Part shown: positions 20,596 to 28,883 of the stretch, in pieces
How positions within the stretch are numbered: the stretch's first letter is position 1
Layout: the number at the start of each line of letters is the position of its first letter
Made by a program: the position numbers and the translations under genes
DNA from: Candidatus Latescibacterota bacterium
GTDB lineage: Bacteria; Latescibacterota; UBA2968
Length of the DNA stretch: 64,000 nt
Direction of reading: 5' to 3'
NCBI GenBank assembly: GCA_965222605.1
Contig: OZ244960.1
Location: 3,424,001-3,488,000 of the forward strand
The notes under the pieces: generated by a model
The model's database searches: none
What the model was told of the DNA's origin: nothing
What the model saw: the letters and a program-made list of their open reading frames with translations, nothing else

Positions 20596-20670
20596 GTCTC
20601 GGGGCGAGAAAGCACCTGCCGGTCTCGGTACGCCAGCGCTTGCGAAATCTCAGGGACAAAACCGGGGACG
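20592..20670 (+). pseudogene. N-terminal stub of AbiEii nucleotidyltransferase toxin
   Basis: ATGA overlap with the abiEi stop; KHLPVSVRQRLRNLRDKTG matches typical AbiEii starts (ASVRQRLLN); similarity ends after ~26 codons. Confidence 0.7.
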
Positions 20671-20736
20671 CCATATTGATGAACCATCCGCGGTTTGTTA
20701 TCTTAATTGGTCTGTTATTGGTAGATAAGGAGAACT

Positions 20737-21633
20737 ATGTCTGAGCCATGTTACTTTATCTCTGCCGGCGAACTGCGCGCTATTATTGGAGACGATACAG
20801 ACCACGGCGCTGGCCAGGATCAGCACAGCGGGGTCTGGTTTCTGACTTCAATCAAAGACGGTCACACTGCCGTGTCTCGGGGAAATGGGGTGTTGCTTTT
20901 CGGTCACCATCGGGGAAAACGGCCCGCGGTGCGGCGGGTAGATGAGACTGCAGTGGAATTGTTTAAGGAGGCGTCAGAGGCCAATAACTTCGTGGAGACG
21001 CGGGGGGTCTATCGATTGGTTCCACCCCACTATATCGACTATGAAATGACTGCCACGGCTCGAAAGGGACACAGGCCACAGGAAGACTATTCTTTTGGAT
21101 GGTGTTGCTATGTCAACTCTCCACTGGATGGCGGCATTCATTTTATCGAGAAGGGGTTGTGGACCTATTATTACAATCCGATTCACGGACAGGGGGCGAT
21201 GATTTTTCCGACCGATCTGCCGGTGGATGAACGCGAACCCTGGGGGCGGGATGCAGCTACGGCATTCCTGGATGGGAAGCGGAACTTCAGCCATTCGGAC
21301 TCGGGGCATACTTTCGATCATCCCTTCTATTTTGGCATTATCCGTAGCATGATGTTTTTGATTATGGCAGACGACTATCCGGGGTTCCGGTTCTATCTCT
21401 CTCCATCGGGTGCTGGCGGGTCAATTGTTCCGGGGCAGAGTAGCCCTGCATGGGATTTTAACTGGCAGGTGAACGCGCTTCCTGTGGATGAACCGCAGGT
21501 GCTGCATGTGCGTGTGGCGTACAAGCGGCTGGAAAAGACAGAGGAAGTTCCAAACGGATACGCGGCAGACCACGCCTATTGGGAGTTCCAGAAGTTTCGA
21601 GAGATTCATCCAGTCCGGGGAGCACGCGATTAA
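20737..21633 (+). CDS. Hypothetical protein (beta-rich, possibly mutarotase-like fold)
   Basis: AAGGAG RBS, 298-aa ORF. Confidence 0.7.
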   Translation: MSEPCYFISAGELRAIIGDDTDHGAGQDQHSGVWFLTSIKDGHTAVSRGNGVLLFGHHRGKRPAVRRVDETAVELFKEASEANNFVETRGVYRLVPPHYIDYEMTATARKGHRPQEDYSFGWCCYVNSPLDGGIHFIEKGLWTYYYNPIHGQGAMIFPTDLPVDEREPWGRDAATAFLDGKRNFSHSDSGHTFDHPFYFGIIRSMMFLIMADDYPGFRFYLSPSGAGGSIVPGQSSPAWDFNWQVNALPVDEPQVLHVRVAYKRLEKTEEVPNGYAADHAYWEFQKFREIHPVRGARD

Positions 21634-21666
21634 GGGGTCACAGCCCAGGCTCCGGGAGGATGCGTT

Positions 21667-22500
21667 CTACGCGCTGGCCAGAACCGGGTGCGACCGCAGA
21701 AAGGTCAGACTCTGGTCCATCCAGTCGGCGTGCTCGGCGCTGCCGGGCGGCAGCCGCAATTTGATGCAGGCAGTGGTCTTTTCCGGATCGGGAAGCCGTT
21801 CGGACAGCATCGGCAGAAGCGTCTCGAAATCGACCGAGCCTCGCCCGATCGGCGTTCCCCAGATTGTCACGTCGTTCGAGCGATCGGGATAGATCTGCAC
21901 ATCCTTGAACGCCACCGCCACCGCGTGGGGCAACACCACCTTCGCGGCCGCCACTGGTTCTTCGCAGACCGGAAAGGGATTGGTGGTATCGAACGCCATC
22001 ATCAGGTTCGGGTGGCACACCTTTTCCATCACCGACACCATCTCGTGGCCCCGGTAGTCCAGGTGGGGCAGCAAGGCGAGTTGGATGTCTCTCTCCGACG
22101 CCGCTTCCGCCACCGGTCTCAGGTGATCGGCCGCCAGGCTCAACTGGTCAGCCAGCGGGGGCTGGCGCGTAAACCGGTTGTGAAGGCTCCCTCTCCCAAA
22201 GATCACGACCGTTTTCACCCCGCCGATACTGGCCCGGTCAAACGCCCGCTCCGCCCGCTCTCGCAACCGGATTCCACCCCCATCCGGCGTTACGAAATCC
22301 TCGTTCCAGTAGCCCACCCACGTCACCCCCAGATCGGCCGCCTTCTCTTTGACCTCCTTCGGATGGTCCGCCCCCGACAGGGGCAACGGCGCCTCCATGG
22401 CCTTCAGGTCGTATTCCGCGCAGCGGTCCAGCAACCACAACAGCGGCGCCTGCTCAGGGAGAATGCCGCTGTAGGTTGGCGATGCCAGTCCCAGGATCAC
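21667..22500 (-). CDS. Sugar phosphate isomerase/epimerase family protein
   Basis: AFDTTN, AFKD, PIGRGSVDF; several metal ligands appear substituted. Confidence 0.7.
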   Translation of the reverse strand: MILGLASPTYSGILPEQAPLLWLLDRCAEYDLKAMEAPLPLSGADHPKEVKEKAADLGVTWVGYWNEDFVTPDGGGIRLRERAERAFDRASIGGVKTVVIFGRGSLHNRFTRQPPLADQLSLAADHLRPVAEAASERDIQLALLPHLDYRGHEMVSVMEKVCHPNLMMAFDTTNPFPVCEEPVAAAKVVLPHAVAVAFKDVQIYPDRSNDVTIWGTPIGRGSVDFETLLPMLSERLPDPEKTTACIKLRLPPGSAEHADWMDQSLTFLRSHPVLASA

Positions 22501-22622
22501 CGTTTTTCCCCTTTAGATTTCCAAATGCCAGCCCGCCCGTGCAGGCTCTCTGTATATCGCGGCCTCGGGTAGGAGCCGACAATGGCAGTGTGCAAAAGCC
22601 TGTTTTTCGTGAGGGTTAGCAT
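22497..22622 (-). pseudogene. N-terminal stub of cobalamin-independent methionine synthase II-like gene
   Basis: LLHTAIVGSYPRPR motif followed by abrupt loss of similarity. Confidence 0.55.
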
Positions 22623-22846
22623 GGCTTTTCCCAGGGTCGCGTTTTTCGATTGCGTGCCCGTAAAGTACAGGTGTGACAAAAGGATGTCAACGGAAATCCT
22701 CCCTTGTTTTTGCAGACACGACACACTATCTTGCCCCTGGATTCTTCCATCTATGCCCAAATGGAAAACGCTTATGACTGCACGCCGGTTGAGCGATTGG
22801 ACCTCCCCCCTACGGCGATTTCATCCTATCTGTCAAGGAGCATTCT

Positions 22847-23884
22847 ATGCGACCCCTATCCTTTGAAGACGATCTTTCTCGTTTGATTGATCAGGCGCAG
22901 CCGTCTCTTCTGTTTGAGGGTGCGACTCCGGAGGAATTTTGCGCCTGGCAAGAGCGGTTTCGAGATGTGCTGACCGGGCTGATCGGTCCGCGGCCCGAAC
23001 GGGCTGCGCTTTGTCTTGAATTTGAGGAAGAGATCGACTGCGGTCTGTACGTGCGCAGGCGGATCTCCTATCAGACGGAGCTTGGAGTTTTTGTACCGGC
23101 TTATCTCTTAGTGCCGAAGGGTCTGGGGCAGGGGGAAAAAGCACCGGGTCTTCTCTGTATTCACGGTCACGGCCATTTTGGGAAGGATAGCGTGATCGGA
23201 CTTAACAATACTCCTGAACGGCAGGCTGAGATCGACAAATGCAATTACGATTTCGGGCACGGGTTTGCAGAACAGGGCTATGTGGTTCTCGCTCCGGATC
23301 TTCGGGGGTTTGGGGAGCGTCGGCCCGGCTATCCGGGTCCACGGACCGATTTTTGTCCCCGGAATTATATGTGTGCCACTTTGCTGGGTACTACTGTCGT
23401 GGCGCTCCATCTCTGCGATCTGGAGGCTGCTCTGGATGTTTTACAGGGGCTCGATTTTGTCGATGGAGACCGGCTGGGGTGCGCGGGGCTGTCGCTGGGG
23501 GGGCGGATGACGATGATGATTTCGGCATTTGATTCCCGGATCAAAATTGCGGTTCCGTCCGGGTGTATGAATCTGTATCAGGAACGCTATCAGGCTCTGA
23601 GTCAGTGCGGTGCGCAGTTGATTCCCGGTCTGCTCCGCTACGGCGATACCCCGGAGATTTTTTCTTTGATTGCGCCCCGGCCTATGGTTATTGAGATTGG
23701 GACGCAGGATCGGCTTATTCCCCACGATTGGGCAGAGCGCGGTCTGGCGCGTATTCGGAAGGCGTACCGGGCCGCAGGTGCCACAGAGCATTTGTTTGTG
23801 GATCGGTTTGACGGGGGGCATCAGTTCCATATGGATGTGGCTCAGAAGGTCCTGGGAAGGTTGCACAACGGTTCGGTTATATAG
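22847..23884 (+). CDS. Alpha/beta hydrolase (dienelactone hydrolase / acetyl xylan esterase-like)
   Basis: LCIHGHG, APDLRGFGER, nucleophile GLSLGG, LIAPRP, GGH. Confidence 0.88.
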   Translation: MRPLSFEDDLSRLIDQAQPSLLFEGATPEEFCAWQERFRDVLTGLIGPRPERAALCLEFEEEIDCGLYVRRRISYQTELGVFVPAYLLVPKGLGQGEKAPGLLCIHGHGHFGKDSVIGLNNTPERQAEIDKCNYDFGHGFAEQGYVVLAPDLRGFGERRPGYPGPRTDFCPRNYMCATLLGTTVVALHLCDLEAALDVLQGLDFVDGDRLGCAGLSLGGRMTMMISAFDSRIKIAVPSGCMNLYQERYQALSQCGAQLIPGLLRYGDTPEIFSLIAPRPMVIEIGTQDRLIPHDWAERGLARIRKAYRAAGATEHLFVDRFDGGHQFHMDVAQKVLGRLHNGSVI

Positions 23885-24001
23885 TAAGCACCTGGCCCGC
23901 GCCATCTTCTCTATCCCCTCCAAGTAGTCTTGCATCAGGCGGAGTCTTTGCTATATTTGCAAGATCTATGCAGGGCACTGCGAAAAAACAGGACAAAAGG
24001 G

Positions 24002-24889
24002 ATGACGCGACTCCAACTCCTCTGCACCGGCACTCCCGCCCCGCTCGCGCACCGAGGCGGCTCCAGCTATCTCGTCCAGACGGGTGACGAGACCCTGATC
24101 TTCGATTGCGGTCCGGCGTCGGTGCGGCGCATGCTCGAAGCTGGCCTTGCTCTACCCTCGATCGATCATTTGTTCCTCACCCATCTGCACTACGACCACT
24201 GCATTGACTTCGCCTATCTGGTGCTGACGCGCTGGGATCAGGGCGTTGGCCAGATACCGGAACTGCAGGTGTACGGCCCGGTGCCAACAGCGCACATGTC
24301 GCACCGGTTGTTCTCTGCCGATGGCGCCTTTGGCCCGGATCTGGCTGCCCGCACCTTGCACCCGGGCAGCCACTTCGTGTACGAGGCGCGCGGCGGTGTC
24401 ATGCCGCGGAAGAGACCCAATCCACAGGTGCGCGAGGTCGGATCCGGAGATCGGATCGAGACCGACAACTGGCAGGTCGATGTGGCAGAGGTGGTACATG
24501 TGCAGCCCCAACTCACCTGTCTGGCATACCGTCTGACCACACCTGACGGCACCATCGTGTTCGGCGGCGACACAGCGCCAGTAGATCGGCTCACGGACCT
24601 TGCAAGAGGTGCGGATGTGCTGCTGCACATGTGCCACTTTATCAATGGCGCGGTCGATGATGAACGCCTGACAAATTGTTGCTCTGGTCACCTCGATGCG
24701 GCGGCCACAGCGCGGGATGCGGGCGTCGAGACGCTGGTCCTCGTTCATCTGACGGAGCAGCTGGAAACGCCCGGCGTGCGGGAGCGAGTGCTGTACGAGG
24801 TGGGAGAGGTATTCGACGGTCAGGTGATTCTCGGAGAGGATTTGCTCGAGGTGCCGATGGGTACTATTGATACGGAGCCGGTACGATGA
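24002..24889 (+). CDS. MBL-fold hydrolase (RNase Z/AtsA-like)
   Basis: FDCG, THLHYDH, GDT, LVLVHL. Confidence 0.88.
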   Translation: MTRLQLLCTGTPAPLAHRGGSSYLVQTGDETLIFDCGPASVRRMLEAGLALPSIDHLFLTHLHYDHCIDFAYLVLTRWDQGVGQIPELQVYGPVPTAHMSHRLFSADGAFGPDLAARTLHPGSHFVYEARGGVMPRKRPNPQVREVGSGDRIETDNWQVDVAEVVHVQPQLTCLAYRLTTPDGTIVFGGDTAPVDRLTDLARGADVLLHMCHFINGAVDDERLTNCCSGHLDAAATARDAGVETLVLVHLTEQLETPGVRERVLYEVGEVFDGQVILGEDLLEVPMGTIDTEPVR

Positions 24890-26625
24890 ATAATGCTATG
24901 GAGATCCTCACTGAGCCCAGCGTGTGGGTGCCGATGCGCGACGGCGTGCGGATGGAGGCGCATGTGTTCCGCCCCGATGTAGATGGGCGCTTCCCCGGGA
25001 TCCTGCTGCGCACGCCATACGGTCGTCCGAAGTCCGGATTTGAGCGTTACGTGCGCGCCGGTTACGCCGTGGTGACTATGGACTCGCGCGGGCGCTACGG
25101 ATCTGAGGGCAACTGGGTACCGTTTACCGTGGCGCACACCGGGGATGCCGAAGACGGTTACGACTCTGTAGAGTGGCTGGCGGCGCAGCCCTGGTGCAAT
25201 GGCAGGGTCGGCACTCTCGGAGCCTCTTATAACGCCTGGATGCAGTGGCAACTGGCCAAATTGCGCCCGCCGCACCTGATGGCGATGTGTGCGTACACCA
25301 TTCCACTGGAATTGACAGAGGTCGATTGGCCGGGCGGGTTCCGCCCGGGACGGCGCATCAAGTGGTGGCTCACCTCCATGGCGCCGGACCTTCGGCGACG
25401 CCAGGGATTGCCGCCGCCGCACACGCCAGCGGAAGCGCTACAGGAATGGAACGAGAATGGCGAGAGCCAATGGCTCGACTACCTGCCGTGGCTCGACTTC
25501 CCGCGCCACCTGCCGCCGGGGCTGGCGGAGTACGCGAGAGACTGGCTTGAGCACCCAAACCGGCGGGCATGGAGGTTCGACGAGGTACACGGGGAAGTCG
25601 CGGTGCCAAATCTCGACTTCAGCGGCTGGTACGACCACTGCAACGGCTCGATGCGGCATCTGCAACTGATGCAGCGCAACGGTCGCACCGAGCGTGCGCG
25701 GTCGCAGACAAAGCTGGTCGCCGGTCCGTGGAACCATCCGAGTCTCGGTAGCCGCCAGGTGGCCGGGTTCGATTTCGGCCCGCAGGCCGAGCTCGACCTG
25801 CCGGACCTGATCATTCGCTGGTTCGACTACTGGCTCAAAGAAGCCGACAATGGCATCGACCGCGAGCCAGCAGTGCGCTATTTCGCGATGGCAGGGCAGC
25901 GGGGATACTGGCGCTCGGCCGATACCTGGCCGCCGGATGACACGACACCTTGCGCGTATCTGTTGAGCAGCGACGGCAATGCCGGGTTTGGCGGCTCCGG
26001 GCGGCTCTCAGTTGACGGTGGAAATGACGGTGTCGAGATCGATCGCTTCGACTACGACCCTCACAACCCGGTGCCAACCTTGTGGACGAAGGAGTTGTTT
26101 ACGGGTCCGTCGGACCGGCGCCGGGTGGAGGATCGCGATGACATCCTCTGCTACCGCTCTGAGCCTCTGACCGAACCCGTGGAGATTGCTGGCTATCCAG
26201 AAGCTGTCCTCTTTGTCAGTTCGTCAGCGCCAGATACGGACTTCTTTGCGCGCCTAATTGACGAGCACCCGCCCACAGACGGAGACCAGGCTCCCGCGCT
26301 GGAGATATGCTACGGCATGGTGCGCGCGCGTCACCGCAACGGCCTCGATACTGAAGAGCTGTTGGAATTGGGGACGGTGGTGGAATTGCGCATCCAACTC
26401 GGACCAACGGCCTGCCGTTTCGAGCCGGGCCATCGCATTCGTCTGGAGATCACATCCAGCGACTTCCCCAACCACGACCGCAACCACAACACGGGAAAAA
26501 ACGATCTGGCCGATACCGAGCTGGTGAGGGCGACGAATGCCGTACATCACTCGGCAGCCCATCCTTCTCGGCTCGTGCTCCCCGTCGCTTCCCACCCACC
26601 CCCGGCAATCCCAACGGCCGACTGA
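24886..26625 (+). CDS. CocE/NonD family serine hydrolase
   Basis: PMRDGV, RTPY, DSRGRYGSEG, GASY, GWYD, GPWNH, GHRIRLEITSSDFP. Confidence 0.93.
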   Translation: MNNAMEILTEPSVWVPMRDGVRMEAHVFRPDVDGRFPGILLRTPYGRPKSGFERYVRAGYAVVTMDSRGRYGSEGNWVPFTVAHTGDAEDGYDSVEWLAAQPWCNGRVGTLGASYNAWMQWQLAKLRPPHLMAMCAYTIPLELTEVDWPGGFRPGRRIKWWLTSMAPDLRRRQGLPPPHTPAEALQEWNENGESQWLDYLPWLDFPRHLPPGLAEYARDWLEHPNRRAWRFDEVHGEVAVPNLDFSGWYDHCNGSMRHLQLMQRNGRTERARSQTKLVAGPWNHPSLGSRQVAGFDFGPQAELDLPDLIIRWFDYWLKEADNGIDREPAVRYFAMAGQRGYWRSADTWPPDDTTPCAYLLSSDGNAGFGGSGRLSVDGGNDGVEIDRFDYDPHNPVPTLWTKELFTGPSDRRRVEDRDDILCYRSEPLTEPVEIAGYPEAVLFVSSSAPDTDFFARLIDEHPPTDGDQAPALEICYGMVRARHRNGLDTEELLELGTVVELRIQLGPTACRFEPGHRIRLEITSSDFPNHDRNHNTGKNDLADTELVRATNAVHHSAAHPSRLVLPVASHPPPAIPTAD

Positions 26626-26633
26626 GCACACCC

Positions 26634-28016
26634 ATGCCCCAAATCGGATCGGCTTCCCGCAGCCCTACAACTCCCATAGATCAGGCTCCTGTCCTGCGCC
26701 ATGTCTGGGCTATTGCCTGGCCAGTGGTGGCTGCTTCGATGCTCGATGCAACGGAGGGCCTCATCGATATCTCCATGGTCGGGCAGCTGGGTCCGGCTGC
26801 GATTTCAGCGGTGGGACTCAGTCGGCAAATTTTGTTTCTGACGATGGTAATGGCGATGTCGATCAGCACCGGGTCGCGTACCCTGGTCGCCCAATTTTAC
26901 GGGGCCGAGCGCCACAAAGACCTCAGTCATACGGCGCAACAGGCCATTCTGATGGGGGCACTGCTGTCCGTTGTCCTGGCTTTGCTCGGGGGCTTGATCG
27001 CCCGCCCCACGTTGATCTTGTTGGGTGCACAGCCCGATGTGCTCGGCCATGCCGTGCCCTTCCTGCGCATCTATTTTGGCGGCGTCATCTTCATGATGCT
27101 CAATTTTATCATCAGCGCGATTTTTGGCGGTGCCGGTGATACTCGAACGCCGTTAAAAATTTCGTGTCTCATCATAAGTTTGAAGATCCCCCTCACCTAT
27201 GGCTTGATCTTTGGTGTCTGGGGGCTACCGCAGTTGGGGGTTTGTGGCGCTGCACTTGGTACGCTCGTTTCGCGGGCTGTCGGTTGTATTGTCGGTTTCT
27301 GGCTGCTTACTTCCGGGCGCTCGCGTGTGCGTATGCGCTGGACCTGGCGGGTGTCTATTAACCGCGATATTATCGGGCAGATGATGCGAATCGGGGTGCC
27401 AGCGGGAATTCAGGGATTTTTCCGCAATGGTGCTCGCATCCTGTTTTATCGGGTGGCGGGTTGGACCTCGCAGCCCACTACTGCAGTCGCCGCGCTGACG
27501 ATCGGCCTGCAAATGCGGATGATCGGCATCATGCCAGCTCTGGCTTTCGCTGTAGCAGCAACCGCACTGGTTGGCCAACGATTGGGCGCAAAGCAAATAC
27601 TGCAAGCGGAACGCTTTGGGGCCAGCACGATCCGCCTCTGCATGATGTTTATCGGTTTTTGCGCCATTATTATCTGTATCTTCGCCCGTGAAATCGTCGA
27701 TCTGTTCACCGATTCGGTAGCCGTTATTGATATGGGCTATATCATGCTCTGGTTTTTTACGATTGCGCAGGTTTTCTCCGGGTTGTCCATCGTGGCCGGA
27801 GGCGTCCTGGCGGGTGGTGGTGAGACCAAGCCCCCGCTTTACTACACGATTGTGGCGCAATGGATGGTCATGCTGCCGTTGTCCTATGTTCTGGCTTTTC
27901 TGTTTGGGATGGATACCCTCGGCATCTGGATTGCCTGGCTGCTTGGTGGCATCATCCAGGGCGTTTTGGTCTGGGCGCGCTATCTAAAGGGCATCTGGAA
28001 ACAGACAGTGATATGA
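26634..28016 (+). CDS. MATE family efflux transporter
   Basis: DISMVGQLG, GDTRTPL, LGVCGAALGT, VGQRLGA; multiple TM segments. Confidence 0.93.
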   Translation: MPQIGSASRSPTTPIDQAPVLRHVWAIAWPVVAASMLDATEGLIDISMVGQLGPAAISAVGLSRQILFLTMVMAMSISTGSRTLVAQFYGAERHKDLSHTAQQAILMGALLSVVLALLGGLIARPTLILLGAQPDVLGHAVPFLRIYFGGVIFMMLNFIISAIFGGAGDTRTPLKISCLIISLKIPLTYGLIFGVWGLPQLGVCGAALGTLVSRAVGCIVGFWLLTSGRSRVRMRWTWRVSINRDIIGQMMRIGVPAGIQGFFRNGARILFYRVAGWTSQPTTAVAALTIGLQMRMIGIMPALAFAVAATALVGQRLGAKQILQAERFGASTIRLCMMFIGFCAIIICIFAREIVDLFTDSVAVIDMGYIMLWFFTIAQVFSGLSIVAGGVLAGGGETKPPLYYTIVAQWMVMLPLSYVLAFLFGMDTLGIWIAWLLGGIIQGVLVWARYLKGIWKQTVI

Positions 28017-28042
28017 GGATTACTGGCAACTCCTCGACCGCT

Positions 28043-28870
28043 TCACTTTCTATCTGGGATTTCGTCGCCATCGGGACGGGGGATGTGTTGCCAGTAGCCC
28101 GAAGGATCAATGCCGCGGCATAAGACCGCGGGTGCGCGGTTGGTTTCTCGGGTGCGGACTTCGGGGGGCATGTAGCGCAGGGTCAGGCCGCAGCGACGCC
28201 GTTGCGAGGTGTTGGGTCTGGAGCCGTGTAGCAATAAGTCGGAGTGTATGGAGATTTGTCCGGCTTTCATGATTAAGGGTACGGGGTCGCCAAATTTTTC
28301 GGCGTGGTGAACAGATTGTCCAAGGACGTTATTTTCTTCTAATTTGCTGCGTTCAAAAGGTATTTGTCCGTGGAGATGCGAGCCGGGTATGACTTCCATG
28401 GGGGCGTTTGCCAGGTCAACATCGTCGATGGCGAGCCAGACAGTTGCGGTTTTGGATGGTGTGAGTGGCCAGTAAGATGCGTCCTGGTGAAAGGCGACTT
28501 TTTTCCCATCTCCGGGCATTTTGCTGAAGTAGTGGGTCATGCGCGAGACGAGATTAGGGCCGAGGAGGTCTTCGACATAGTCGAGGATGCGATTATCGAC
28601 GAGCAGGTCGTAGATGCCTTTACAACTGCGGTGCCATCCGTTGATTGAGTAGCTGTTTTTGCCCGCTGCTTGTGCTTTGTTCATGAGTTTGTCAAAATAC
28701 GCGCGATTGGCTTCGGCTTCTTTTTTCGTGAAGACATCGAGGGGGAAGATGTATCCCTTTTCGTTGAATTGCTGGATTTGCTCTCGCGTCAGTTTTTTGG
28801 GCGCGTCAGTTTTTGCTGGGTAAAATTTTAGTTCCCGTTTCATGTTGGGAAGGGCGTCGGTTATGGGCAT
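28043..28870 (-). CDS. Phytanoyl-CoA dioxygenase family protein
   Basis: FNEKGY, FHQDASYW, VWLAIDD, IPGSH, LLHGS..N.S..RR. Confidence 0.9.
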   Translation of the reverse strand: MPITDALPNMKRELKFYPAKTDAPKKLTREQIQQFNEKGYIFPLDVFTKKEAEANRAYFDKLMNKAQAAGKNSYSINGWHRSCKGIYDLLVDNRILDYVEDLLGPNLVSRMTHYFSKMPGDGKKVAFHQDASYWPLTPSKTATVWLAIDDVDLANAPMEVIPGSHLHGQIPFERSKLEENNVLGQSVHHAEKFGDPVPLIMKAGQISIHSDLLLHGSRPNTSQRRRCGLTLRYMPPEVRTRETNRAPAVLCRGIDPSGYWQHIPRPDGDEIPDRK

Positions 28871-28883
28871 GGTTTCTCCTTTG

